A stretch of 64,000 bases of DNA from an uncultured Comamonadaceae bacterium (GCA_964390365.1 CAYMHW010000002.1:7786-71785); one strand, 5' to 3'. Numbered from the stretch's first letter, positions 41,763-51,565 are shown. The notes: generated by a model from the sequence alone, not told the origin. Made by a program: numbers and translations.

Positions 41763-42493
41763 GCAAGTACGGACCGTGGATCGGCGGGGCGCTCGGATGG
41801 GCGTTCGGCGGCCCCATCGGCGGCATCCTCGGATTCGCTTTTGGGAAGATTTTCAGTGAAATGGGTGGCGCCTCGGAGGCACCCCAAGCGCAGCATGCAA
41901 ATCGCCGGGCCCAGCCCGGCGATTTCGCTGCCGCGCTCATCGTGCTCAGCGCCGCCGTGATGAAGGCGGATGACCGCGTGATGCGGTCGGAACTGGACTT
42001 CGTGAAGGAGTTTTTGGTGAAAAACTTTGGGCGGGCTCAGGCCGAGCAGCTCACTGCGTTGTTGCGCGATGTGTTGAAGCGGCCGTTTGCGTTGCGCGAA
42101 GTGGCGGAACAGGTCCGTTTCCACATGGAGCACCCGAAGCGTTTGCTGTTGCTCCAGTACCTCTATGGCATCGCGAAGGCCGATGGGCAAGTGCACACGA
42201 AGGAGGTCGAGGTGATTCGGCGCATTGCCACGTATTTGGGCATCAGCGACAAAGACCGCGCGAGCATCGAGGAACACTTTTACCGGCTCAAAGCCGACCC
42301 GTACACGGTCCTCGAAATCGCGCCCCAAGCCAGCGATGCGGAAGTGAAGAAGGCGTACCGCCGGCTTGCCGTGAAGTTCCACCCCGACAAGGTCGGTGAT
42401 TTGGGCGAGGCGCACCGGGAAGCGGCGCAGGAGCAGTTCATCGCCGTGCAGGAGGCGTACGAGCAGATCAAGTCTGAGCGGGGGTTCAAGTGA
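41759..42493 (+). CDS. Membrane-anchored TerB-like plus C-terminal J-domain co-chaperone (DjlA-like)
   Basis: Gly-rich N-terminal TM, TerB-like middle (VMKADDRV...IAKADGQV), J domain DPYTVLEI...[17 protein letters not shown] overlap with the htpG stop. Confidence 0.8.
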   Translation: MSKYGPWIGGALGWAFGGPIGGILGFAFGKIFSEMGGASEAPQAQHANRRAQPGDFAAALIVLSAAVMKADDRVMRSELDFVKEFLVKNFGRAQAEQLTALLRDVLKRPFALREVAEQVRFHMEHPKRLLLLQYLYGIAKADGQVHTKEVEVIRRIATYLGISDKDRASIEEHFYRLKADPYTVLEIAPQASDAEVKKAYRRLAVKFHPDKVGDLGEAHREAAQEQFIAVQEAYEQIKSERGFK

Positions 42494-42627
42494 TTGCGTT
42501 ACAACGCCTCTGAGGGCGGATTGGGGGGGCACGCACCGCACGGTTGAGGCGGAATGGTGCGATGGGAAACTCGTGGGCTTTGGTCGGTGAAGGGGGGCGG
42601 CGTAATTTGGCCTGAAATCTGCACACC

Positions 42628-45168
42628 ATGCGCATCACTGCCCTCCTGCTCGTCGCGATGATTGCCGCGGCGCTTCCCACCGAAAGCCACGCCCAACGAC
42701 GCAAGCGCCCCAGCGAAACCACCGAAAACGCGTCCACCAAAGGGGACAAGAAAGGCAAGAAGTCGATTGAAGACCTCACGGAAAACGCCATCGCGCATGC
42801 GGGCTTGTTCACCGTTTTTCAAGACACGCTGACGGGCAAGTCGCACCTGCTTGTGCCGGATTCCATGCTCGGGCGGGAATTCATTTACTTCTCGCAAGTG
42901 AGCGATGGGGTGTCCGAGTCGGGCTTGACGCGGGGGAGTTACCGGGGATCGAAGATCATCCGCTTCGAGCGCCATTTCGATCGCATCGAGGTGCACGCCG
43001 CGAACACGTCCTACTACTTCGACGAAGCGTCGCCCTTGAGCCGGGCGGCTGAGGCCAATTTGAACACCCCGGTTTTGGCCAGCATCTCCATCGACGCCGA
43101 AGACCCCGAACGCGGATGCCTCATCAGCGGCGACGAACTGTTCCTCACCGAGCACATGCAAGCGGTGAAACCTCCGCAAGAAAGCAAAAGCGTGCTGGGC
43201 AAACTCAACGACGACAAATCGAAGATCACCGCCATCATCAACTACCCGGAAAACACCGAACTCGAGGTGGAATACGTGTACGATAACCCCAAACCGGCTG
43301 CCGGGGGTGCCGCCGTGGTGGACGGGCGGGTGATTTCCGTGAAGTACCGCCATGCCCTCATCGAGGTGCCTGAGCCGGGATTTGTGCCACGCCGGGAGGA
43401 TGAACGCGTGGGGTATTTCACCACCCGGATTGACGACATGACGACCGACGATCCCATTCCTTGGGCCGACGTCATTCACCGGTGGCGATTGGAGAAGCAA
43501 GATCCGAATGCAGCGGTTTCGGATGTGGTGGAGCCCATTGTTTGGTGGATGGAGAACACCACGCCACTGGAATACCGGGACATCATCCGCACCGGGGTGG
43601 AAAAGTGGAACCAAGCGTTTGAGGCCGTTGGTTTGCGGAACGCGGTGGAGGTGCGCATGCAACCGGACACGGCCACGTGGGACGCCGGGGACATCCGCTA
43701 CAACGTGTTGCGGTGGACTTCTTCGCCGCGCCCTCAGTATTCTGGGTATGGCCCGAGCTTCGTGAACCCGCGAACGGGCGAAATCCTCGGGGCGGACATC
43801 ATGTTGGAATGGGGCGGCATGGTCGGACGGCTTTGGCGCGCGGAGGTGTTCGAATCTGCAGGCATGATGGAGGACGAGCCGGACAGCCGGGCGGCGTTTG
43901 CCGAATGGATGCACCGGTGCGATGCGGGAGCGGCGCAGGCGCAGCAGACCTTGCTCGGAGCGGCCGTCTTGCGGGCGTCCGGGTTGAGCGATGAATTGAA
44001 GGAACAGTTTACGCGGGAGACCCTGCATCGGTTGGTCTTGCACGAAGTGGGGCACACGTTGGGGTTGAGCCACAACATGGCGGGCACCACCTTGCATTCT
44101 TTCGATGAATTGATGGACCCCGAAGTGGTGATGCAGTCCGGATTGAGCAACAGCGTGATGGATTATCCGGCAATTCACTTCACGGGCGATCCCGCGACGC
44201 ATTCGAAATTCTACGACGATGAACCGGGGCCCTATGACCGGTGGGCCATCGCGTACGGCTACATGCCGGACGAATCAGCGTTGCCCGAACTGCTGAAGCG
44301 GTCCACGGATCCGACGCTGCGATTTGGCAACGACGCCGATGACATGCGGCGGCCAGGCGGGGGCATGAACCCCGACGTGAACATTTACGACCTGTCGAGC
44401 GACCCGGTGGCGTATGCTGCGGCGCGGTGTGATTTGGTCCGTGAGTTGCTGCCTAAGTTGCCCGAGGAATACGCGGGCGAAGAAGCGGAGAACCACGCGC
44501 TCGTTCGCAAGGCGTTCTTGACTTTGACTGCGGAATATGCCACGCAATTGGGCATCATGTCACGCCAAATCGGAGGCGTCCGCTACCACCGCGCCCGCCC
44601 CGACCAACTCGACGCTCCTCCCCTGACGCCCGTTGCTGCGGCCGACCAACGGGCGGCATTGCGAGCCCTTTCGACCTACGCGTTCGCTCCGAGCGCATTC
44701 GATGCCGAAGCGTCCGTCTACGCTTACTTGCAAGACCAGCGGCGCGGATTCGGATACTTCCGCGAAGCCGAGGACCCGAAAATCCACGCCCGCGTGCTCG
44801 CAACCCAAAAGCGCGTCCTGGACCACCTCCTGCACCCGGTCGTCTTGCAACGAATCATCGACGCGAGCGCTTACGGCAACGAATATGCCCTCGATGCGTA
44901 CATGACCGAACTCACGGATGCGGTGTTCGCCGCGGATTTGAACGGCAGCGTGAACACGTTTCGCCAACAGCTGCAGTTGGAGTACACGAAGCGGCTTGCA
45001 CGCGCCTATGCCGATGAAAAAAATCCGAATCCCATTGCACAATCGATGATGTTCGCCACGTTGATGAACATCCGGAAGCAACTGAAGGCTGCAACGCGAG
45101 GCGACGGCCTGACCGCCGCCCATCGGGCACACGTGGTGCATCTGATTGACCTTGCATTGGAACCATGA
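42628..45168 (+). CDS. Secreted zinc-dependent metalloprotease (DUF5117/DUF4953-type)
   Basis: 846 aa with a signal peptide and zincin motif HEVGHTLGLSHN followed by SVMDY. Confidence 0.85.
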   Translation: MRITALLLVAMIAAALPTESHAQRRKRPSETTENASTKGDKKGKKSIEDLTENAIAHAGLFTVFQDTLTGKSHLLVPDSMLGREFIYFSQVSDGVSESGLTRGSYRGSKIIRFERHFDRIEVHAANTSYYFDEASPLSRAAEANLNTPVLASISIDAEDPERGCLISGDELFLTEHMQAVKPPQESKSVLGKLNDDKSKITAIINYPENTELEVEYVYDNPKPAAGGAAVVDGRVISVKYRHALIEVPEPGFVPRREDERVGYFTTRIDDMTTDDPIPWADVIHRWRLEKQDPNAAVSDVVEPIVWWMENTTPLEYRDIIRTGVEKWNQAFEAVGLRNAVEVRMQPDTATWDAGDIRYNVLRWTSSPRPQYSGYGPSFVNPRTGEILGADIMLEWGGMVGRLWRAEVFESAGMMEDEPDSRAAFAEWMHRCDAGAAQAQQTLLGAAVLRASGLSDELKEQFTRETLHRLVLHEVGHTLGLSHNMAGTTLHSFDELMDPEVVMQSGLSNSVMDYPAIHFTGDPATHSKFYDDEPGPYDRWAIAYGYMPDESALPELLKRSTDPTLRFGNDADDMRRPGGGMNPDVNIYDLSSDPVAYAAARCDLVRELLPKLPEEYAGEEAENHALVRKAFLTLTAEYATQLGIMSRQIGGVRYHRARPDQLDAPPLTPVAAADQRAALRALSTYAFAPSAFDAEASVYAYLQDQRRGFGYFREAEDPKIHARVLATQKRVLDHLLHPVVLQRIIDASAYGNEYALDAYMTELTDAVFAADLNGSVNTFRQQLQLEYTKRLARAYADEKNPNPIAQSMMFATLMNIRKQLKAATRGDGLTAAHRAHVVHLIDLALEP

Positions 45169-45354
45169 CGCAAAAAGAATGGAGCGTCGGCCGTTGCCAA
45201 CACTCCATTACGATTCACAACTAGGTCCTCCATGAACTTGTCGTTCACTGACCCAAATGCTAAAGTAATTCAAGGCTCCCCGATTCGCAACAATAATTCG
45301 ACAAATCAATTTATAAAACCGACAGAAACTGTTTTCAAACTGACCTAAGCTTTA

Positions 45355-46746
45355 ATGCGCAACGTAAAACAAACACAGTCCATGACGCCCATTGATTTGG
45401 TTCACAACCGGTTGATTCGGTTTCGCTTGGTGCTGTTTGCGGTCTGCACAATTGGGAGCTTCGGGGTTCGCTGCCAACCCGATTTGAGCCGTTGGGTTCA
45501 ACTCGTCGACCAGCGGGCGGAGTACCCCGACTTTGCGGAATTTGCCGAACGCCATCCCGAGGCGTTTGAAGCAGGTGCGGTTCCGCATTTGGCCCGTGAA
45601 ATTGGAGAACTCGATGCCCTCGAAAGCCGCCTGCTTGAGTGGGAAAACCTGCCTGCTCTTGAGGACGAGGCGGTGCAAGCGCTCCTCGCGAATGGGATGC
45701 ACCGGTGGCAGATCGTCGCAGCGCTCGCTGACTTGTACCTGCCGGAGATTCAGCCCGTGGTGGAGGCCGCGGGGTTGCCGCGTTCGTTTGCTTGGCTGCC
45801 CGCGCTGTTGACCGGATTCGATTACGCCTATGAAGGGCCGGGGGACCGTGCAGGGTTGTGGGCGTTGGATTGGCCTTCAGCCCAAATCCTCCTCGACTTC
45901 ACCGATCCCGGCACCGACCCTCGGATGTACGTGAACCAATGCACGGAGGCCGCTGTGACTCAACTGGCCGTGCTCGCCGAGCGGTTCCCCGGTGAGCCGC
46001 ACCGGGTGCTGGTGGCCTATGTGAAGGGCCCGGGCTTCGCACGCAACTGGGGAGGCCTGCCCGGTGAGGATGCCGGATTGGATGAGTGGCTCACGCTGTA
46101 CCGGGTGGTGGCGCGGCTCTGGGAGAACTTGGAGCGGGACCGCACCACGGTCGCATGGGTGAAGGACTTTTCGACGTGGGAGCGCGTGCCGTGTCCGGGG
46201 CCGGTGGATCGCGTGGCCTTGGTGGAATGGGCAGGCATGGACCGCAGGGCTCAGCGCACGTACTTGCCTTGGTGGACGGGAGCGGAGCTCGACTGTGGCG
46301 CATGGGAGGCCGCGGAAGTGCGGTTGCCTTCGGATTTGGCCCAGCGACTCGCGGACGTCGACTGGAGCACTTGGACGCCGCACACCTTCAGCGATTACAG
46401 CCAATCCTCTACGACCGTCCACCGCGTGCGAAGCGGCGACGTGCTCGGGCTCATCGCCCGCCGCTACGGGGTCACGGTCCGCGAAATCAAGGAATGGAAC
46501 GGGCTCAATAACGACCTCATCCGCGTCGGTCAAACCCTTGAAATTCGAGGGGTCATCGACTCCGCACAAGCCCCAACCCCTGGCCCCGCATCCCGTCGGT
46601 ACACCATCCACACCGTCGAGCCGGGCCAAACCCTTTGGAGCATCAGCCGCATGTACCCCGGAACCAGCGTCGATGCCATCCTCGAACTCAACCCCGATGC
46701 CGAGCCCTTGCTTGCCGGTTCCACCCTGCGCATCCCCCTTCCATGA
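45355..46746 (+). CDS. MltD-like (SLT fold) protein with two C-terminal LysM domains; catalytic Glu apparently absent
   Basis: LPRSFAWLPALLTGFDYAYEGPGDRAGLWALD...VLVAYVKGPG parallels the MltD core (..ES..NP....GA.GLWQF...AAYNSGPG). Two LysM repeats (HRVRSGDVLGLIARRYG..., HTVEPGQTLWSISRMYPG...). Confidence 0.75.
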   Translation: MRNVKQTQSMTPIDLVHNRLIRFRLVLFAVCTIGSFGVRCQPDLSRWVQLVDQRAEYPDFAEFAERHPEAFEAGAVPHLAREIGELDALESRLLEWENLPALEDEAVQALLANGMHRWQIVAALADLYLPEIQPVVEAAGLPRSFAWLPALLTGFDYAYEGPGDRAGLWALDWPSAQILLDFTDPGTDPRMYVNQCTEAAVTQLAVLAERFPGEPHRVLVAYVKGPGFARNWGGLPGEDAGLDEWLTLYRVVARLWENLERDRTTVAWVKDFSTWERVPCPGPVDRVALVEWAGMDRRAQRTYLPWWTGAELDCGAWEAAEVRLPSDLAQRLADVDWSTWTPHTFSDYSQSSTTVHRVRSGDVLGLIARRYGVTVREIKEWNGLNNDLIRVGQTLEIRGVIDSAQAPTPGPASRRYTIHTVEPGQTLWSISRMYPGTSVDAILELNPDAEPLLAGSTLRIPLP

Positions 46747-48356
46747 GCGACGCGAACGCCCCCCACGGCTTGGGCCGCACGTTGCTGTTCATTGCGATCG
46801 TCGCATCCGTGAGCGCCGTGGCCTCTTGGAACGGTTGGGCACTTCGCATTGGCGACACCACGGTGCTTTCCTTTCCGGAATGGGGCGAACACGAGGATTC
46901 CATGCGGGTGGTCGTTGCACCCGGGGACGTCGAGGCGCTGCTTGCCACCTACGAGGAAGAGCCGATGCCAGCGGATTCTCTGGAGGTGGACTCACTCGAG
47001 GTGGCGCCCCCCCTTCCTGAATTGGCGGCTTGGCTCACCCAAACGCAAGCCGCAGCTGCACTGACCGGGGATTCGGTGGAGGCGCTCCGCACGCTCAACG
47101 GCGCATGGGCAAAACGGCGGGCAGCAGGCACCTGGAAGCCCGAGGCCCTTCATCCCAACCTGCACTTTCGAGGGGATTCCACGGCATTCCAAGCGCTTTG
47201 GCGGTTCTTCGAGGCGGCGACTTCAGGAGGGAAAGCCACGCACGTCGTGCATTTCGGCGATTCCCAAATCGAAGGGGACCGCATCACGTCAGAACTCCGG
47301 CACGCCTTTCAACGGCGTTGGGGCGGCACCGGGCCTGGTTTGGTTTCTGCCGTGCCCCAAGCGCAGATGCCCGGATTTGTGCACGAAGCGGATGGGTGGC
47401 GGCGGTACGCCCTCTTCGGCAAACGCGACACCACCCTGGGGCACGAGCGCTACGGCCTGCTGGCCACGGTGGGCCGCTGGGAAGCCGGTGACGCGGCCGA
47501 ATGGACCGACCCCATCGCGCTCCGCACCCGGAACATGGGCCATGCGCGCAACCGCATTTGGGAATCGCTGCACGTTTTGGCGGGGCCATTGGACCGGGAC
47601 AGTTTGGCCGTCCAAATCCAATGCGATTCCACAACCTACGGCGCTTGGCTGAAGGGCAACAGCATTTCGAGCGCACTCCACGTCGCCCTCCCCCCTGCCT
47701 GCCGCGAGGTGCAGGTGCGCTTCGAGGCGCCCGGCCCCGACGTGAATGCGATTGGCTTCTATTCGGACACCGGGGTGGTCGTCCACAACGTCCCGATGCG
47801 CGGGAGCTCCGGCACCCTGTTCAGGAAGACGGATCGGGCGCATTGGACGGCGCAGGTGAAGGCGCTGAATCCGGGTTTGGTCCTGTTGCAATACGGCGGA
47901 AACACGGTGCCTTACGTGGAAGACGAGGCGGAGGCGCGGCAGTACGCGCGCTGGCTCGCGTCCCAAATTCAGCTGTTCAAAGCGACGCTCCCGGGCGTGC
48001 CCATCGTCCTCATCGGCCCCTCCGACATGTCCACGAAAGATGGCCTGAACTTCGTCACGTATCCCCTGTTGCCGGCCGTTCGCCAGGCGATGATGGCCAT
48101 GGCTCGGGAGGAGCACGTGCTGTTTTGGGACCTCTTCGCGGTGATGGGAGGCCAAAATTCAATGCCCGCCTGGGTCGCAGCCGACCCCGCGCTGGCCGCC
48201 GCGGACCACATCCACTTCACGGGACGCGGAGCGCGCCGCGTCGGTGCGTTGCTCGGTGAGTCGTTCGAAGCGGAGTACCGATTGTGGACGGCCGCATTGA
48301 CCACGCCGCCCTTGGTGGCGGATTCGTTGAACCCCGACTCGACGACCTCGCCATGA
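46743..48356 (+). CDS. SGNH/GDSL hydrolase-family protein (N-terminal TM anchor)
   Basis: ATG at 46743 (ATGA overlap). Block I VVHFGDSQIEGD, block III QYGGN, block V ADHIHFT. About 200 aa inserted between blocks I and II. Confidence 0.8.
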   Translation: MSDANAPHGLGRTLLFIAIVASVSAVASWNGWALRIGDTTVLSFPEWGEHEDSMRVVVAPGDVEALLATYEEEPMPADSLEVDSLEVAPPLPELAAWLTQTQAAAALTGDSVEALRTLNGAWAKRRAAGTWKPEALHPNLHFRGDSTAFQALWRFFEAATSGGKATHVVHFGDSQIEGDRITSELRHAFQRRWGGTGPGLVSAVPQAQMPGFVHEADGWRRYALFGKRDTTLGHERYGLLATVGRWEAGDAAEWTDPIALRTRNMGHARNRIWESLHVLAGPLDRDSLAVQIQCDSTTYGAWLKGNSISSALHVALPPACREVQVRFEAPGPDVNAIGFYSDTGVVVHNVPMRGSSGTLFRKTDRAHWTAQVKALNPGLVLLQYGGNTVPYVEDEAEARQYARWLASQIQLFKATLPGVPIVLIGPSDMSTKDGLNFVTYPLLPAVRQAMMAMAREEHVLFWDLFAVMGGQNSMPAWVAADPALAAADHIHFTGRGARRVGALLGESFEAEYRLWTAALTTPPLVADSLNPDSTTSP

Positions 48357-49699
48357 CTCCACGAAGCCTGGGATTGATCGGCCTGATGATGTGCTTGGCG
48401 TTGCTGTCGAGTGAGCGCCCGCCAACGCGCTCATGGGATTGGAAACCGGGCCGATACGACACCCTCCTCCGCACGTTGCCTTTGCGGCCCCAAGCGCTGC
48501 AGTTTCCTGGTGGGCGCGCCACGTTTGACGCGGTGAACGAGCGGCTGGCGCAAGCCCTGCTCGACGGCACCGGCTCGCTGCGGGTGGTGCACGTGGGGGG
48601 CTCGCACGTGCAGGCCGGTTGGATGGGCGACCAAATCAGGCAACGGTGGCTGGATTTGGCCGGAACCACCTGCAGCCGAGGCCTCATCGCCCCCTATCGG
48701 ATGGCGGGCACCAACACACCGCCCAAAGTCCGGACGGAATTCACGGGCAGCTGGAGCGGAAACCGCTGTTCGCGCAGTCGGCACCAAGGTCCCTTCGGTG
48801 GGACGGGACTGAGTGCAGTCACCTTCGATGAGTCGGCGACTTGGTGGCACGTGGCGGTGCGCTCGGATTCTTCCCGCTACTTCAGCGAGGTGGTGACCGT
48901 GCTCGGCGAGTCGAACGGACTGCGGCCGCGATGGGACGGACCGGAAACGGGCGTGAGCGTGGCGCCGTTGGAAGGCGCGACGGGGTGGCGCATGGCGTTC
49001 GACGCGCCGGTGGATACGCTGTTCCTCGGGTTGGAACCGGACTCGGGTGCGGTCGAAGGCCCGCGCTGGTTCCGCTTGCACGGCCTCGTCGCCGAATCAC
49101 CGAGCTGCCCGTGCGAGGGGCTGGTGTACCACGAAATCGGAAACAACGGAGCGAGCACGGCCAGTGTGCTGCGCGGAGTCGGCGATGAAGCGTTCGCCCG
49201 GGATTGGCAGGCGCTGGCGCCGGATTTGGTCATCTTCGGAATCGGCATCAACGACGCGCACGGGCCCGCGGAACGCTTCGACGCGGATGCCTTTGTCCAG
49301 CGGTACGACAGCCTCGTGGGGGCCATTCAGGCCGTGGCTCCGGAAACTGCCTTCCTGTACCTCACGAACACCGACAGCTACTACGGTCGGCGGCCCAACC
49401 CCTCCGCGCTCGCGGTGCGCGAAGCCATGTTCAGCTTGGCGAAGCGGCAGGGCGCTGCGGTGTTCGATCTCTTCGATGCGATGGGCGGTTTGGGGTCCGT
49501 CCAAGTGTGGGAAGACGCCGGCTTCGCCCGTTCTGATCGGATTCACTTCACCCGGGACGGCTACCGCGTGTTGGCGGATTTGTACTGGGACGCGTTGCTC
49601 GATTCGTGGACCGAATCGGACGCCGTGGAGCGCCGCCGCGTCCGCATTCAATCGCCCGATCGCACCCAACCGACTGACTCGTTGACATGGAAATCCTGA
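48353..49699 (+). CDS. SGNH/GDSL hydrolase-family protein (paralogous architecture)
   Basis: ATG at 48353 (ATGA overlap). Block I VVHVGGSHVQAG, EIGNNGAS, GIGINDA, block V SDRIHFT. Confidence 0.8.
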   Translation: MTPRSLGLIGLMMCLALLSSERPPTRSWDWKPGRYDTLLRTLPLRPQALQFPGGRATFDAVNERLAQALLDGTGSLRVVHVGGSHVQAGWMGDQIRQRWLDLAGTTCSRGLIAPYRMAGTNTPPKVRTEFTGSWSGNRCSRSRHQGPFGGTGLSAVTFDESATWWHVAVRSDSSRYFSEVVTVLGESNGLRPRWDGPETGVSVAPLEGATGWRMAFDAPVDTLFLGLEPDSGAVEGPRWFRLHGLVAESPSCPCEGLVYHEIGNNGASTASVLRGVGDEAFARDWQALAPDLVIFGIGINDAHGPAERFDADAFVQRYDSLVGAIQAVAPETAFLYLTNTDSYYGRRPNPSALAVREAMFSLAKRQGAAVFDLFDAMGGLGSVQVWEDAGFARSDRIHFTRDGYRVLADLYWDALLDSWTESDAVERRRVRIQSPDRTQPTDSLTWKS

Positions 49700-51393
49700 A
49701 CGACTTGATGGACTGGTTCGCCTTCAATCCGGAGGCGCCGTTGACGTTCACCCGCGTGAGCTTTTGGGTATTCCTCGGGGCCGTCATCGCGGGGTTCGCC
49801 CTGCTGGAGAAGCGAGTGGCCATGCGGAATGCCTTCCTGTTTGCGGTCAGCCTCTTGTTTTACTGGAAAACCAGCGGGTGGTTCTTCCTGATTTTGCTTT
49901 TTTCCACGGGGAGCGATTGGTGGATTGGGCAACGCATCGGGCGGGCGCAAGGTGCGGGGCGCAAGGGGTGGCTGGCGCTGAGTTTGGTCATCAACCTGCT
50001 CGTGCTCTTCTATTTCAAGTACGCCTACTTTTTCGCTGACAGCCTGAATCCGCTGCTGGGCACGCATTGGCAGCCTTCGAATGCCTTCGGTGAGTTGGCA
50101 AATGCAGCGCTGGGCACGTCGTTTCGCGTGGACCGCATTTTGCTCCCGGTGGGCATCAGTTTTTACACCTTCCAAACCATGTCCTACGCCATCGACGTGT
50201 ACCGGAAGGAGATCGAGCCCGTGCGCAATCCGCTGGACTTCGGCTTTTACGTCAGCTTCTTCCCGCAATTGGTGGCCGGCCCCATCGTGCGGGCACGCGA
50301 TTTCATTCCGCAGCTGTACCAGCCGTATGCGCTAACGCGGGCGGGTTTTGGGATGGGGCTTTTTTGGATCCTCAACGGCCTTGTAAAGAAGGTATGGCTG
50401 GCGGATTACCTCGCTGTGAACCTGGTGGACCGGGTGTTTTCCCGGCCCGAGGCGTATTCCGGGTTCGAGAACTTGCTGGGCCTGTATGCCTACAGTTTGC
50501 AGGTGTATGCGGATTTCAGCGGGTACACGGACATGGCAATCGGGGTGGCGATTTGGCTGGGCTTCCGTTTGCCCCAAAACTTCAACGCGCCCTACAAGGC
50601 GCGCAACGTGGGCGAGTTCTGGAAACGCTGGCACATGAGTTTGTCCACCTGGTTGAAGGACTACCTCTACATCCCGATGGGGGGCAACCGGAGCGGCTCG
50701 CTGTTCACGGCCATCACCTCGGGCTTCATCCTGCTGTTCTTCGCGCTGTTGGTGCCCGATCCCGGGGTGCTGCTCGTGGTGGCCGGTGTGCTGTGCCTCG
50801 TCATCGGCGCCGCCCTGTGGTTTCCGCGGTTCAAACGGTGGGGCATCACGAACATCAACGTCATGCTGACGATGCTCATCGGCGGGTTGTGGCACGGCGC
50901 CAGCTGGAATTTTGTGCTGTGGGGAGGACTCAATGGCCTCGGCATCGTCGTTTACAAACTGTGGCGCAAGGTGAGCCCGTGGGAAGGCAACGACCGGTGG
51001 TGGAAGCCGGTGGTGGGCGGTCTGGTGACGTTTCACTTCATCACCGCAACTCGGATTTGGTTCCGCTCAGGCAGCAAGACCACGTGGGAAACGCTCGGCG
51101 AAGGGCACAACCTGCTGACGGAGTGGTTCACGGCCAACGCCATAATCGCCCAACTCGGGCGCATTGCGGAAAGTCCCTTCCTGGAAATCATCCGAGGCTA
51201 CGCGCCGCTCATCGCCCTGATGGCCCTCGGCTACGCCATTCACCTCCTGCCGGACGCATGGAAGGAGCGCTATCGGAAAGGATTCAGCGAGGCGCCGCTC
51301 CCGGTCCAAATCCTCGCAACGGTGCTCGGCATCAGCGTGGCCTGGGGGGCCATGCAAGCCGGTATGCAGCCGTTCATTTACTTCCAGTTCTGA
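49687..51393 (+). CDS. MBOAT family O-acyltransferase (AlgI/PatA/DltB-like)
   Basis: 568 aa polytopic protein. FWKRWHMSLSTWLKDYLYIPMGGNR and GGLWHGASWNFVLWG blocks with the conserved His. Confidence 0.9.
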   Translation: MEILNDLMDWFAFNPEAPLTFTRVSFWVFLGAVIAGFALLEKRVAMRNAFLFAVSLLFYWKTSGWFFLILLFSTGSDWWIGQRIGRAQGAGRKGWLALSLVINLLVLFYFKYAYFFADSLNPLLGTHWQPSNAFGELANAALGTSFRVDRILLPVGISFYTFQTMSYAIDVYRKEIEPVRNPLDFGFYVSFFPQLVAGPIVRARDFIPQLYQPYALTRAGFGMGLFWILNGLVKKVWLADYLAVNLVDRVFSRPEAYSGFENLLGLYAYSLQVYADFSGYTDMAIGVAIWLGFRLPQNFNAPYKARNVGEFWKRWHMSLSTWLKDYLYIPMGGNRSGSLFTAITSGFILLFFALLVPDPGVLLVVAGVLCLVIGAALWFPRFKRWGITNINVMLTMLIGGLWHGASWNFVLWGGLNGLGIVVYKLWRKVSPWEGNDRWWKPVVGGLVTFHFITATRIWFRSGSKTTWETLGEGHNLLTEWFTANAIIAQLGRIAESPFLEIIRGYAPLIALMALGYAIHLLPDAWKERYRKGFSEAPLPVQILATVLGISVAWGAMQAGMQPFIYFQF

Positions 51394-51403
51394 GGTTGAC
51401 CGC

Positions 51404-51565
51404 TCAATCTGCGGGCTCAACCTCCACCCATTCGGTGTCTCCGTAGGCGCTGCACTGCGCGTGGCGCGTGCCACAGCTGGTCAACAGCACGGCGAAAAAC
51501 AAGGTACCCAATGCGGCGATGATGAACCGCTGAAGGTTCGTGTGGTCAAGTGGACGGGAGGTCAT
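51404..51565 (-). CDS. Candidate 53-aa lipoprotein (below the ORF-track length cutoff)
   Basis: My translation is MTSRPLDHTNLQRFIIAALGTLFFAVLLTSCGTRHAQCSAYGDTEWVEVEPAD. Signal peptide plus lipobox LLTSC. GC-rich codons like the neighbouring genes. Fills an otherwise empty gap. Confidence 0.4.
   Translation of the reverse strand: MTSRPLDHTNLQRFIIAALGTLFFAVLLTSCGTRHAQCSAYGDTEWVEVEPAD

Noticed and set aside
39849-44202. Minus-strand ORFs 39849..41699 (616 aa), 41744..42541 and 42499..44202 (567 aa)
   Set aside because: They are antisense to htpG, the J-domain gene and the metalloprotease, and are low-complexity Arg/Val/His-rich translations.
45232-45348. 38-codon ORF (MNLSFTDPNAKVIQGSPIRNNNSTNQFIKPTETVFKLT) in the AT-rich gap before the LysM gene, and a hairpin AATGGAG...CTCCATT at 45178..45209
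   Set aside because: The ORF composition (Asn/Thr/Lys-rich, AT-rich codons) is unlike every confident gene here and looks like open frame in promoter DNA. The hairpin has an 18-nt loop and no U-run, so it is at best a weak terminator.
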